From positions 23,587,872 through 23,651,871 of the forward strand of contig NC_068995.1 in NCBI RefSeq assembly GCF_001194135.2: DNA of 64,000 bases. The letters run 5' to 3'. Both the position numbers and the translations under genes were made by a program. Below, piece after piece: positions 12,220 through 25,844 of the stretch. Each line of letters starts with the position of its first letter. The first letter of the stretch is position 1. The notes under the pieces are model-generated. The model had not been told where the DNA came from and ran no database searches. It was given only the letters and a program-made list of their open reading frames with translations. This DNA is from Octopus bimaculoides. Lineage: Eukaryota.

Positions 12220-13149
12220 TTAGTTGACCTAAGTCATTAAAAATTACAAAATATAAAACGAATATGGAAAAGAAAGGGTTATGTCAGAGAAAAAGGAGGG
12301 AGCTAGAAGTGAAATAATTTCTGGAGCCGGTACGAGAGGAAATAGTTGTGAAAATTTTTATTTAGGGTAAAGGTGATGTTTGTCCTCACATTGCGTCACG
12401 AGAAAGATTAAAATATGGAATCTTGTTTGACCAACTACGTTAACAAAAGTACACACACACGCCCTGAAGCGCATGTGAGTATGTGTCTGTATTGCTTACT
12501 TGTGAATGTATAGAATTTATACACACACACGTACACACATAATTGTACTAAACACTAAACGTATATGTACGTATATGTGCATCGATATACATGGATGTAC
12601 TTGTGTATGATGGCACATTCGCCGAAGGGATTTTTCTAAATATAAACAGAATAAAAGTGCTGTAACTTCCAGTACATAATTATTACAGCCAAATACTCTT
12701 CACATACTTGCAACGAATGACGACGTAAATACAGCATTGATAAAATTACTTTAATGATATTAAATATGAGCTATAATTGTTACGTCGTTGAAGGATGAAA
12801 TACAAGAAATATTGGCAAGCAAATCAAGGCCATGGAAATAAGTGTATCGATTTCTCATATGTTTATTATAGAGATATTCACAGAATTTCCGGTTATGTTA
12901 TTCGCATGACATACATTCTACTGAAAAAATTGCATACTGTTTCAAATTAATCGGAAGCTGGTCATTGATTAATGAAAACAAGGCCTCAAGCAAATTAGGA
13001 CACATTCCAAAAGTAAATACTTCCTGACACTGCATGGACGTTCGAATATCACTGTATTACTCAAAAATCTAATATTCCACCATGTTATAAAATTTTTCCC
13101 TACCAGTAACTCTTATATCTTGCATTGGATTCGCCTGTTAATTTTGATG

Positions 13150-13723
13150 GATCTAGTTCAAAACGGGGGCACCAGTTTTCGTTTATGTTTTATGTAGTGT
13201 TTTTGGTACCGAAAGACTTTCAAACTTCGTATATTTATCTATTTTGTGTTATAGAACAGAATTTTTTTTTTGTATTCGTTAACATCTGCCTGGACTGTAT
13301 GTGTACAACATTTGCTTTTTTCATTTTCTTTCACGCGTGTTTATTTCGTTAACATCTGCCTGAACTGTATGAAAGGTTTATTAGCTACTGCCTAAACCTA
13401 ACCCTAACCCTACTGCCAATATGCTTCAGCCATTTTTTGACAAGGAAATAATAATTTATCACCGCCAGAATCGTTTGNNNNNNNNNNNNNNNNNNNNNNN
13501 NNNNNNNNNNNNNNNNNNNNNNNNNNNNNNGACTGAATGGACGTCAGTCATTGGTTGAAATTACAGAAATACGACAACTTTAACATGAAATAACTTGCGA
13601 TGTACGTTTTTTTGTTAAGAAGACTAAGAGAAAAAGATGTTTTATATGACACATTCTACCAGTGTCCCAAGTTTCAAAGTGTTTCGTTAAGAAAATACTG
13701 GTGCCCCCGTTTTGAACTAGATC
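13150..13723. mobile_element. MITE-like element with 27-bp perfect inverted repeats, an internal 26-bp duplicate and telomere-like (CCCTAA) units
   Basis: GATCTAGTTCAAAACGGGGGCACCAGT at 13150-13176 has its reverse complement at 13697-13723. TTCGTTAACATCTGCCTG.ACTGTATG occurs twice, and CTAAACCTAACCCTAACCCTA lies near 13392. Confidence 0.6.
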
Positions 13724-13826
13724 TATTATGATATCTAATCTTTGCACTGTTTTGTGAGCTTATTAATTTAAACTTTACAGAAATTTTGTGGAATCCCTCG
13801 TAATGTGTTTCTATTTTATACCTTGG

Positions 13827-13863
<37 letters not shown>

Positions 13864-14046
13864 ATTTATGTATACATATGTATATATATATATACATACC
13901 ACCTTATAAAGATAAAATTTCTGCTGTTTTCACGGTTATACATGCGTTTCAAATTTACTTTCTGTAAAACACATTCGACGCTTCCAAGGTTTGGTTATAA
14001 AATGTTGTCGCATCCCAAAAGCTGTTATTATTAGAGTTAACATTAA

Positions 14047-14277
14047 GGCGACGAGCTGGGAGAAACGTTAGTACCCCGGGCGAAATGTTTAGCGGTATTT
14101 TGTCTGCCATGACGTTCTGAGTTCAAATTCCGCCGAGGTCGACTTTGCCTTTTATCCTTTCGTGGTCGATAAATTAAGTACCAATTACGCACTGGGGTCG
14201 ATGTAATTGACTTAATACCTTTGTCTGTCCTTGTTTCTCCCCTCTATGTTTAACCCCTTGTGGGCAATAAAGAAATA
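14047..14277 (+). mobile_element. SINE family B, full length (tail type 1)
   Basis: Matches the minus-strand copies at 32794-33027 and 63671-63903; B box GAGTTCAAATTC; ends AAAGAAATA. Confidence 0.9.
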
Positions 14278-14470
14278 CGAAACCTTAGCACACCGGGCGA
14301 AATGCTTAGCGGTATTTCGGCTGTCTTTACGTTGTGAGTTCAAACTTCGCCGAGGTCGACTCTACCATTTATCCTTTCGGGGTCGATTAATTAAGTACCA
14401 ATGGGGCACTACCATTAGTGTGATTGTTCACCTCCCCTCCCGTTCTCTAGAATTAGTTCTGATTAAGAAG
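14278..14470 (+). mobile_element. Second SINE family B unit directly in tandem, with a different, degenerate tail
   Basis: TTAGCACACCGGGCGAAATGCTTAGCGGTATTTCG..GAGTTCAAAC..GAGGTCGAC..GGGGTCGAT follows the first copy immediately. Confidence 0.75.
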
Positions 14471-14544
14471 TGAGTGGGACAAAGGTGCACTTTGCCTTTC
14501 TTAGAGCGATATAGTTTCATCAAGTATTTCACGTGAAAAAATTT

Positions 14545-15650
14545 ATGTATATAATCTTTGAACACATGCACACCTACACCTTGTAGATCTCAGTGATTCT
14601 GTTACAAGATATAGTGAAACTATAGACCCTTGAACCCTAAGTTGTTACTGTAAGAAGTCCTTATACTTATTTAGAATGGCGTGGTCATTGATACGTCCAG
14701 TTGCGTGGGCTGTTTAGCATTCAATCCCAAAGTTATTTGGTAGATCATGCAAGTGTTTCCATAAATATATTGCTGCATATCTTTCCAGTAGACGTGCTGT
14801 CCATTTCGTTATCCCCGTAGCTAATATGTTATTCCGATGCAATCTTCTGCCTGCAGTGGCATAGTTTTGCCTCTAGCTACGCTCTTAATCTGAAGCTTTA
14901 TGGTGACCGTAATTGGGAGTAGTAATCCAGGTGATTGAGAACAAATGCTCTGTGTAGCATCAAAAAGGTTTCTTTTTCTTTGATCTGAAGAATTTCAGTA
15001 TCCAAAAAAATCAGTCGCCTGCACATTGTTTGCAGCGTGTTAATATGCACATCGTTCTTTATGCGGATTTTCTCTCACGCACTATGTGTGGCTTCGGGAT
15101 TGCGATACCTCTTCTCCTGTGTATTCAGATCGCAATTTGTCTGTGAGCCGATTGCGGACTGCTTGAAATTTCACCGCATTGATATGCATGTTTGTCTTCA
15201 GTCCGTTTGTATATTGTGTTCAACACATTCTGTAGTCTTGAGTTGTCATCAGAGACCGTCACTGTCTGTGACACTTTGGTATTGTCAGCATGCCCGTTTA
15301 TTGATAGAGCATATTATACTGTCTTTAAACATTTGGTGAAGTGTTCACGTGAAAACGAAGTGTGGAAAAGTATCCCTAGTGGTTTTCCAGAATTTTCTGT
15401 TGAAACAGAATAACTGGAAAATCATCAGAGTCTGATCATCCCATCAATGACTGATATTTCATTCTCTTCTTCCATATCAATATAATTCATTGGTGCTTCT
15501 TCCCCTAGTGAATCTACTACGTTGAAAAACTCACTGTATGCGATAAGCAGTAAGTGAGTCATTTTCTTCAAGCAGTAGCGTACAGAGATAGATTCTTTGC
15601 AAATTTGTAACATCCTTGGTTTCTCTTACTTTTCTTTTTTCCACGGGAGA
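14545..15650 (-). mobile_element. CR1-like LINE reverse transcriptase and C-terminal relic, possibly extending to about 16030
   Basis: Frameshifted minus-strand blocks: ADNTKVSQ...LQNVLNTIY; NMHINAVKFQAVR; WILKFFRS; LMLHRAFVLNHLDYYSQL.SP; ERYAAIYLWK.L..LPNNFGI; NLGFKG..DLQGVGVHVFK. Confidence 0.75.
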
Positions 15651-17172
15651 ATCTAAGTTTATTTTCGGGATCAAAACGCGCCTTTTTGTAATGCATCATA
15701 TTTCAAACCTGAATACATATGTCAACAAATGTTGAAGTATTAGTGGTGGTTCGGGTGTCAAATGTTGGGACTGAGTTCTTTATATTTCCAACGTCTTCTG
15801 ATGGAGATATTATACCAGTACTTCGTCTACGCACCTAGTATCTGTAATATTTATGTGATAAGCTATTCCTTTGCTTTTCCTTGTAGCTAGATAGACTTGG
15901 CAAAAACGGATCCTAAAGGAAGACACATGAATGCTTCTTTTTTTTATGCTTTTGTAACTTGCTTCCGGGCAACAAAAGCGTACCTCAGTTATGCAAATTA
16001 CTAATGGTTTTTAAAATAAGGTGTCAGATATGGCTTTATTTTGTGGTGCTTGTATACATTATCTACTAATTTCATTGTTCCTGACTCTTGGTTAATGAAA
16101 CGTCTTTTGGCATCTAGTGTAGAGATATTAATTATTTCGTTTGTTACTTCTAAGATATCAAGAACTTCATCCCTTTAACTGATGCTCTAATACTCTGGCG
16201 TCTAATTTTGATAATGTTATCGACATATTTGGCGATTTTTATGTAGAAATACATGTGGGTGGTTATATATTTTTACTGTAAAATGTATACGTGTACAGGT
16301 GAAGAAAATATTGCATTTTCATTATGGCATATTTTTTGTGGTCATTATGTCTTTTAGTCATATACGGCTAGTTAAGTATTCCGTTCAATTACTGGGTGGC
16401 TATTTTTATTGCATTCACCGTATTGTCTTGGAGTTTATCATCAATGTTTATCATAATGTTTCCACCACCATCACCACCACCAACCCGGGTTTCTTCCTAT
16501 GCCATAGTAATTTGATTTCAGCTTCTTTCTTGATTTCGCCGACTTTTGGTTGGTGGTGCCAAGATTGTGCAGGTTAATTTGTTCTGTGATAAGTGCATTT
16601 CCTGATTTGTTAATATATTTATATTTTTGTTTGAACAGCATCGTTTTTCATTTATATAACTTTTGCTGCATTGTCATGTAGTTTATATTTTTATAAATGT
16701 TAAAGAGCTTTTCTTTTAAATATGGTGCATTGAAAATATGACTGTGATCTAAAATAATGATTGGAACTGCAAATTGCATAGAATAATAATGCTGTGATGG
16801 CCAATTCCTAAGAGAAAATTTTACGTAAATAAAAGACATCCACCTTACGAATGGCAGCACAGAAGACAAAAATCACCTCGCAACCTTGAGTTTAATGGGA
16901 TAAACATTAATTTCGGAAATGTATAGTCCGAAAAGAAATACGAGTTTCTGATACACAGGAAGCAGAGAATACTGATAAGAAACCGATATATTAAAACATA
17001 CTCGTGCTTTCTATATAGCATATTTAAAAGAAACATGTATTTGTGTTCCTGAGAGTGTGTGTGATATATGCATCTGTGTGTGTTAGTGTATGAGACTGAA
17101 TTATAACAATACATATAAATATACACACATCTATATATATATATGTATATATATATATGTATATATATATAT

Positions 17173-17582
17173 ACTCTTTTACTCTTTTACTTGTTTCAGT
17201 CTTTTGACTGCGGCCATGCTGGAGCACCGCCTTTAGTCGAAGAAATCGACCCCAGGACTTATTCTTTGGAAGCCTAGTACTTATTCTATCGGTCTCTTTT
17301 GCCGAACCACTAAGTTACGGGGACATAAACACACCAGCATCGGTTGTCAAGCGATGTTGGGGGGACAAACACAGACATACAAACACACACACACACATAC
17401 ACATATATATACACATATACGACGGGCTTCTTTCAGTTTCCCTCTACCAAATCCACTCACAAGGCATTGGTCGGCCCGAGGCTATAGTAGAAAGCACTTG
17501 CCCAAGATGCCACGCAGTGGGACTGAACCCGGGACCATGTGGTTGGTAAGCAAGCTACTTACCACACAGCCACTCCTACGCC
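17173..17582 (-). mobile_element. SINE family A, full length, with an internal (TA/TG) microsatellite and a (TAAAAGAG)n tail
   Basis: GGCGTAGGAGTGGCTGTGTGG (A box), GGTTCAGTCCC (B box), CATCTTGGGCAAG (CORE-like), and a 3' block GGCGGTGCTCCAGCATGGCCGCAGTC. Confidence 0.9.
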
Positions 17583-17720
17583 TATGTATGTATGTATGTA
17601 TGTATGTATGTATGTATGTATGTATGTATGTGTGTGCGTGTGTATACACATGCATGTATATATACAGATCTCTCTATATATATGTGTGTGTGTATTTCTG
17701 TGTGTGCTTGCGTATGTGTA

Positions 17721-17864
17721 GGCGCTGGCATGACTCTATGTTAAGAAGCTTAATTTCCGACCATATGTTCAGTCCCAGCTTCCGGGTTCAGTCCCACTTC
17801 GTGGCACCTCGAGCACGTTTCTTCTTCGAGCCACAAAATATTGTGAATAGATTTGGTTGACGGA

Positions 17865-17898
<34 letters not shown>

Positions 17899-18762
17899 NN
17901 NNNNNNNNNNNNNNNNNNNNNNNNNNNNNNNNNNNNNNNNNNNNNNNNNNNNNNNNNNNNNNNNNNNNNNNNNNNNNNNNNNNNNNNNNNNNNNNNNNNN
18001 NNNNNNNNNNNNNNNNNNNNNNNNNNNNNNNNNNNNNNNNNNNNNNNNNNNNNNNNNNNNNNNNNNNNNNNNNNNNNNNNNNNNNNNNNNNNNNNNNNNN
18101 NNNNNNNNNNNNNNNNNNNNNNNNNNNNNNNNNNNNNNNNNNNNNNNNNNNNNNNNNNNNNNNNNNNNNNNNNNNNNNNNNNNNNNNNNNNNNNNNNNNN
18201 NNNNNNNNNNNNNNNNNNNNNNNNNNNNNNNNNNNNNNNNNNNNNNNNNNNNNNNNNNNNNNNNNNNNNNNNNNNNNNNNNNNNNNNNNNNNNNNNNNNN
18301 NNNNNNNNNNNNNNNNNNNNNNNNNNNNNNNNNNNNNNNNNNNNNNNNNNNNNNNNNNNNNNNNNNNNNNNNNNNNNNNNNNNNNNNNNNNNNNNNNNNN
18401 NNNNNNNNNNNNNNNNNNNNNNNNNNNNNNNNNNNNNNNNNNNNNNNNNNNNNNNNNNNNNNNNNNNNNNNNNNNNNNNNNNNNNNNNNNNNNNNNNNNN
18501 NNNNNNNNNNNNNNNNNNNNNNNNNNNNNNNNNNNNNNNNNNNNNNNNNNNNNNNNNNNNNNNNNNNNNNNNNNNNNNNNNNNNNNNNNNNNNNNNNNNN
18601 NNNNNNNNNNNNNNNNNNNNNNNNNNNNNNNNNNNNNNNNNNNNNNNNNNNNNNNNNNNNNNNNNNNNNNNNNNNNNNNNNNNNNNNNNNNNNNNNNNNN
18701 NNNNNNNNNNNNNNNNNNNNNNNNNNNNNNNNNNNNNNNNNNNNNNNNNNNNNNNATATATA

Positions 18763-18793
<31 letters not shown>

Positions 18794-19101
18794 ATGTATG
18801 TATGTATATACACACACACGTATATACACACACATATATATATATATATAACTATATATGTGTGTGCGTCTTTGTGTCTGTATTTGCCCCACCACCACCA
18901 CCACCACCATCACTTGAGAACCAGTGTTGGTGTGTTCATTCATGACCTTGAAACCTAGGGGTTCGGCAAAAGACCGATAGAATAAGTACTAGGCTTGAAA
19001 AAAGGCCCAAGGGTCGATTTCCTCAGCCAAAACTCCTTCAAGGCGGTGCTCCAGCATGGCCGCACCCAAATGACTGAATCAAGTAAAACATAACAGATAA
19101 A
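17721..19101 (+). mobile_element. SINE family A copy whose head (17721-17868) and tail (about 18860-19101) flank an expanded microsatellite and an N gap
   Basis: The head ends ATTTGGTTGACGGAAAC then (TA)n. After the gap, TA/TG repeats lead into the family A 3' half on the same strand. Confidence 0.7.
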
Positions 19102-22100
19102 ATATATGTTTTAATAAGAATGAATGGTATGTATAATAATTCCACCTCTCGGGCACTCAGATTCCGCCGGGTATCCGTTTATTACGAACGTTCTTAACAA
19201 TCCAACAGAGCAGTGTTGCTTTACTGAATATGATGGAAATGAGAAGGCACTGGAATGAAAAAACGTTTAAACTTACTTGGACTCTTACAATATAGTTGTG
19301 AAACTATATATTTTCACCTGTGTGTTATTAGCCTACTAGTTGTAATGATATTAATATAGTAGTAATTTTAACCACCTTTTCTACAAAATTGCAGATATGG
19401 AATTTTAATCTCTTTGAGTAATTATGATATGGAAAACTTTGTTTCGTGAAAAATAAGAGGAAATATCCTGGCAAGCCTATTCTGAAATTACTTGCGTCAT
19501 TTGCTCCTTTGAGTAAGAAATAAATTGTTATAATTCCAATTTTAATATTCGTTATAATATTTTCGTTGAGTATTGTGGATGCCATGAAACTTGAAATATA
19601 CAATAAATATGTACTGATATCATGTTCTGAAGTAAATGGCGTAATATTAATTAGACTGTAGCTTAAGGAAGGAAATTATTATGAAAGATCCTTATAACAA
19701 AGAGGCAATTTATGATTACTTACTGGAAGTGCTTTTCTTTTAGATTGCTATATCGATATTAAATGTTAATAAATCAGAAGATCTTTGACCTTTCCGCCAT
19801 ATTAGCTATATAGAAATTATGAGCAAATAATTGCTTTATTCAATATCCCAATTAATAATTAAAGATTATTCATTTAACTTTCTAATTCAGACGTATTGTG
19901 AACAAAAGTTATCCCAAATGTGATAACCGAATACACTAAGTGGAATACTGACTCCTTTTGACAAATATATTAGATTAAATTCAATTTGAGTGATATATCA
20001 ATGAAATCTATATTTATAACAAGCTTTCAACTTTGCTTCTCTTGTTTTAATCTAATCTAAAGAACCCTGCTTACACCTTCCATAAATAATTTAAATCCAC
20101 CATGTGCACAAAGTATATATTTACATTAGATGGTTCGAATATTACGTAGTAACAACCTTTACTTGCTTGACATAACTTTTACTTGTCACCTCTTGTTTTT
20201 ATTCTTTTGACGTCATCTGCTCCTCCAGAAGATATCACAATTACTGGAAATGTTTAATTTCGATACTGTTTAAAGACGTCTGATTGGTTTCTTTTCTCTG
20301 AACATTGTAGGTCGTATCATATCTAGTAACTTTGCTCTGTTTTTATGACAGTACCGTATGGTTTGAGAGAGATTTAATTGTTAATATTAATAGGTCAACT
20401 AATTATATGTAAGGGTCTACTGTACAGTAAAATCGCACTTTCAACTTATCACTGTTATATATTTCCAATTGCGGTTAATGAATGCAATAGTTAAAAATAA
20501 ATACACTTAAGGCAGTTATTCAATCATTAACTAAGAACTAGAAAAAGTACTAGATTATATAATATTTATTATAGGCACAAGATCAGTTGTACATGCTGTA
20601 TGTTTCAAATGTCTAAAGTGACTTAAATAATGAAAGAAATGTTTCGCTTTATAAAATAATTTATGGATCAATTCAACTATATATCATGATTCTAAAAAGA
20701 ATGAAATAGTACTGTACATGGTTAAAACTGGCTAGAAATTTTAATAATTTCGTAATTAGTGAACAAAAAAGAATATTTGAATTTTATGTCACTTTGAAAT
20801 TCAAATTTCTAATCCCGCCAAATATTAAATATTATAAAGAAATTAGAACCCCCTTTGAAATAACTGGCCAATCCGTCACACCATAAGTTGTGTATTCAAA
20901 ATCTATCCCTTAAAACTGTTGAAGATGTCTTGCGTAATATGTTTACGAAGAGATGTTTTCACCTTATGTAATAAAGGATCACAGCGATGACGTAACGCAT
21001 TAAAACCAATATCTACACATAAATAATACATCAAAAACGGCTTGTGAATTTGTTTTGTAGTTAAAACTAAAACTCCGGGCTACTTTAACACAACTTAACA
21101 AAGCAGAATGGCCTAGAAACAGTTACGCTGTTTTTCTCGACTACGAGCGCACTATGCAGAAAAAGGAAAAAAGTAAAACACACCTTCTGTGAATTTCTTC
21201 CACAGTAGTTATTTTCCATTTATCGGAAATGCCTTTTTCTCATAAAATTTTAATTAATATACACAAGGATTATATTATGCTGAAGATTTCTAAAAGGATC
21301 AATATGTGAAGCCTATGTATCGTTTTCCTTATAATTCTTTAATTCCAGATTCAAATATTTGATCATGTTAAATACTATAAAGGAATAATTATCCTCTTTG
21401 AATAACTGTCTTCTAGGATATTACTCTCATACCTTTGAACTGGAATAAATGGAACCGAAGTCCCGTAAAAATTTGTAGTTAGAAGTATGTGAAAATACAG
21501 AATGTAACAGAAAATATGATGAGGTATGTAATTTATATTTTTTCGTGCTTAATCTCAGTGGCATGTTAAATCTTGCTTACTAAATCGATTCATTGAGTCA
21601 ACATTGTTCAAATTTATTCCCTCCTGTAAATGTCGTTCGCTTTCTCAATTTTTCTGCCATTCCTATCTGAGACACTGTAACAAGCAAAGAATATCCTCGT
21701 CCCCTCTTCTACTCAATACACTTTCCTGCATTCGTCTTCTCCACTAAAAAAAAGACTGCCTTCCATTCTGCATTTATAAACAATTCAAATTTTAATTATT
21801 AACAATAAACCTTATGTATAATTCAATAATAAAATTCCGGGCATGATAAATGTAGATAAAGCGAGGAATGAATTATGCCTAATGTATAAAGAAAAACCCA
21901 GTCTTCCCATCTCACATACATCAATTTTATCAATTATCACTCAGCTCAATATACTGCAACTTCACATGATATTAATGGTGGTATGGATTGACTACTAACA
22001 TCTTAAAACCACGAAAAGAAGATCATTTTATAAATAACAGAATAAACACACATAAACACGCACCACATCACACTCAGTAAACCAGAAATTATGAAATAAA

Positions 22101-25100
22101 GGGAATTATCTTTATTAATGTTATATCCATGTGTGTTTATAGTTACTTAGCTCCAGGTCATCGTCAATGAATCAATCGATGATCAATGTCATTCTATTCC
22201 TGATCAACCTGGCCTTTTGCCATGGCATGGTATGCCTAAGGTTACATTATCTAGCGTTACCTCTCTTTTCAAGATGGTAAAAAGCGATTTCACGGACGTT
22301 TGACTATTATTCTTAAAAGCTGAGAATTGCTTAGAGACTCCTTTATTTCACATGTTCTATATGATGGTATAATTTCTAAATGTAGAACGCGAGTATATGA
22401 ACCCGTATGCAAGCATACCAACGTCTATTACTTTAGATACACCCTTAAAGTTTGTGCATACAATAAATGCATATTTTTCGTAGATTCATTGTCTGCGAAT
22501 ATAGAAAACAGTTATTTGTTTTTGTTTACTGCAGGAAAATACCATAAGAACGAGCGAAATGAAATGGTAAGAAGCTACTACAATCATTTTCCATCTAACA
22601 TTATCCATGTATAAACTGATTGTGAAATGACTGAGAATATAGCAATAAATTCTTCAAAAGAACCGATTTTTAACAGTGCATAACAACATTAACAGATATA
22701 ATATCTCCTACACAAAGTCACATACATAATCACACAGACAAAAAATATTCCACAGACACACACTAATGTGCACATACACGCACACGTACACATCAATGCA
22801 CATTCATACGTGCAAACACATTCGACCAGCAAATGAAATTTATTGCATGAAAGCCTATAACAACGACGCCATTTACAGTACTACTGTTTATATTCTTATT
22901 TATTTCCTTAACAAAATTGTTATATCCCTTTCACTATCGATGACATTAATTTCACTTCATCATGTAATGTTATGTTATTTTACACTTTTCTTTTGACCCT
23001 TAATGTGCAAATTTTCTTGTTTTCTTTTGTACTTTTTTCGATACTTCCTTCCGCTAATTTCCTCTATTAGACCTAACCTTTTTTCCGGTTCTATCAATAT
23101 AAGTCATCTTTTATTTTGTACCAATATCACTGTTCTCGCTTCTTCAATTATATCCCGTCCTATTTGTTTCTTGGTATGCTATATTGTAATTGTACTTCAT
23201 CTCATTTTCATTTTCTTTTTTCTTTTGAGACATTGAAACACGATGTTCAAAAAGGTGTTAACCTCAAGAAATTTAATATTTGAATGAACGAAAACAAATT
23301 AAATAAAATAAAATATGTATTTGTTTCTCTTTCATTGAATTCATGTATTCATTTTGAAATTTTTGGTAAGCTCTGTTTTTACAATTTCGCAAACCTTCCA
23401 GAGCAACGTTAATCATAAATTAGGTGTAATTTATTTATTTATGTATAAATTATTATATGCGATATGTTTAAAAATGATCGTTCTCTGTTATGTCATAACT
23501 ATGGATTTCAGATATTCTTTAATTGTCCCCTTGTACAAAATAACTTGTAATTGCTGAATGGCGTGCTTAGCTGATTTCATAGATTAGCTAAATTGTCTCG
23601 AACAGAAACAATTTATAAGGGCATGACTGTGGAAATTTTCTTTCTAGCATCAATCAATTAATAACTTTAACTCATTTAGACTACATCGACAGAATCAAAC
23701 AAATAATAATTTTCGAAATATGAAATCGTGATAAAATTTCAAGAAGAATTCTAATAAACAACGGAAATAAAAGCTCCATAAATATGATGCGGAAGAGATA
23801 AGCTATGCCTAACATCCTGGTGAAAAATGACAAATAACTCTAACTATATCACTAAATTTATATATAAACTATAGAATAACATAAGTGTTTTATTCTATCC
23901 GCATCTATCAGATTCAGAAGAATTATGTAAAAAGGTTGAGAAGGTTCGGGGCTGCCGGGTCATTGGCCAAACAGAAAACTACTCAGACACTCTTGTTCTC
24001 ACCATGGAGGGTTTTATATTCATCATTGAAAACATTTTCAAATAACGGGTTTTTTCTTTCTTTTTTCCTTATCTCCTTTCTTGAACACATATCCGTTTGT
24101 AAAAGAATGACACACTGCGTATCTATTTCAGTCATAACAAACAAAATATTGAAACGTTATTATTGAGGAATAACAACGATAATATACTGACACTGTTACT
24201 GTTAAGCACATTGTTCACCTACGCAATGAACAGATTTAGCAATGTAGAATATATGCATACAGGTTTATCTTCATATTAAAAAAGTAAATACTGCACACTT
24301 TGGCTCTTTATTGATTCTGTAGTGGTCACTTTTACTTCAAATGAACGTTTTAATACATATTGATTTCTAACTTTCGTACAAAGCCTCATATTTAGGAAGA
24401 ATGAACAATCGGTTGAAAAGACCCTAGCAGTTATTTCATCGACACGGAGAAGATGAGAAGTGATGCTCAGTAATTACAAGTCTGCCTTCAACTAGAAATA
24501 AAATTCAAATAAGGAAGAATAAATGAAAGGTAAATGCAATCGGTGTCAGAAAAGAAAAGTTCGCACCGTCTTGGAGAGTAAATATATAAAAATGATGAGG
24601 AAGGAACTGGGAGTGAGAAAAGTAAGTATTTAGAATGGCTTGCAACAAGACTACTTGACTGAATATGTGACAAATTCAAGCATATAATCCCTGAAACGAT
24701 CTTCCAAGTTCCACCCAGCTGTATAGAATTTATATTTTATGTTATATATAATATAGTTGAATGCACATCTGTAGTAATCAGTCAAATTTCAAAGTAATGT
24801 TAAATCAGTGAAGATGGTCTGCAGACACAATGCAAGGGGCATTCCCGTGGCGACGTTGGGATACTACACCTTAAACTCTCCTACCTGAACTTTAATTTTA
24901 AATACAACTTATATATGTATGTATTTTTATATATATATATATNNNNNNNNNNNNNNNNNNNNNNNNNNNNNNNNNNNNNNNNNNNNNNNNNNNNNNNNNN
25001 NNNNNNNNNNNNNNNNNNNNNNNNNNNNNNNNNNNNNNNNNNNNNNNNNNNNNNNNNNNNNNNNNNNNNNNNNNNNNNNNNNNNNNNNNNNNNNNNNNNN

Positions 25101-25240
25101 NNNNNNNNNNNNNNNNNNNNNNNNNNNNNNNNNNNNNNNNNNNNNNNNNNNNNNNNNNNNNNNNNNNNNNNNNNNNNNNNNNNNNNNNNNNNNNNNNNNN
25201 NNNNNNNNNNNNNNNNNNNNNNNNNNNNNNNNNNNNATAT

Positions 25241-25386
25241 ATATAGCAATAGGAAAATGGAGGGGAATATGTGGTACTCATCAACTTGCAGACATTGTGT
25301 TATGTCAATTTACCAGTTTATTTTTCAACTAAGAGGACAATAAAATCAACATACAAACACTCCCCTCCATTTTCTTATTGCTATAT
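25241..25386. mobile_element. MITE of about 146 bp with 26-bp TIRs (1 mismatch) in a TA context
   Basis: ATATAGCAATAGGAAAATGGAGGGGA (25241-25266) versus TCCCCTCCATTTTCTTATTGCTATAT (25361-25386). Confidence 0.65.
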
Positions 25387-25629
25387 AAATTAAGGGTAAA
25401 ATTTCCTTTTACCCGCACCCATTTATTGCACTTGGTAAAAATACTAGTGTAATAGTTATTGGGTACTCTTCCGGCGGTATATTGGATAGATATTATCCCT
25501 TAGTGGGTTGGATTCACAACTCCTAACGTTATTGGATTATATATATATATAAGGGTAATGACCCCATGAATGACCATTGAATTGCACCTAGAAACATTCC
25601 TTCTGAAGAACAAGTCTGGGCAAGATTGT

Positions 25630-25793
25630 TTCTAGAACAACAGCAGTCGCCCATGCATATCAGCCTTCCCATTCAACGCTAGGAATGTTATCCAAGTTAC
25701 TGCCAAAAGCAGATGCAGCTTGGCACCATTGACGTCACAACTCATTTCTACAGCTGAGTGAAATGGAGGGAAGGGGAAATAAAGTGTCTTGCT
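25630..25793 (-). mobile_element. SINE family E fragment (central box shared with family D, different tail)
   Basis: The minus strand AGCAAGACACTTTATTTC..TTCACTCAGCTGTAGAAATGAGT parallels the family D centre, then diverges. Confidence 0.55.
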
Positions 25794-25844
25794 ATATATA
25801 TAAACACACACACACACACACACTCACACACACACACACACGAC

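Noticed and set aside
19140-19255. Minus-strand acceptor-like site followed by an open frame
   Set aside because: The peptide is not recognisable, the donor is weak and there are no supporting neighbouring exons.
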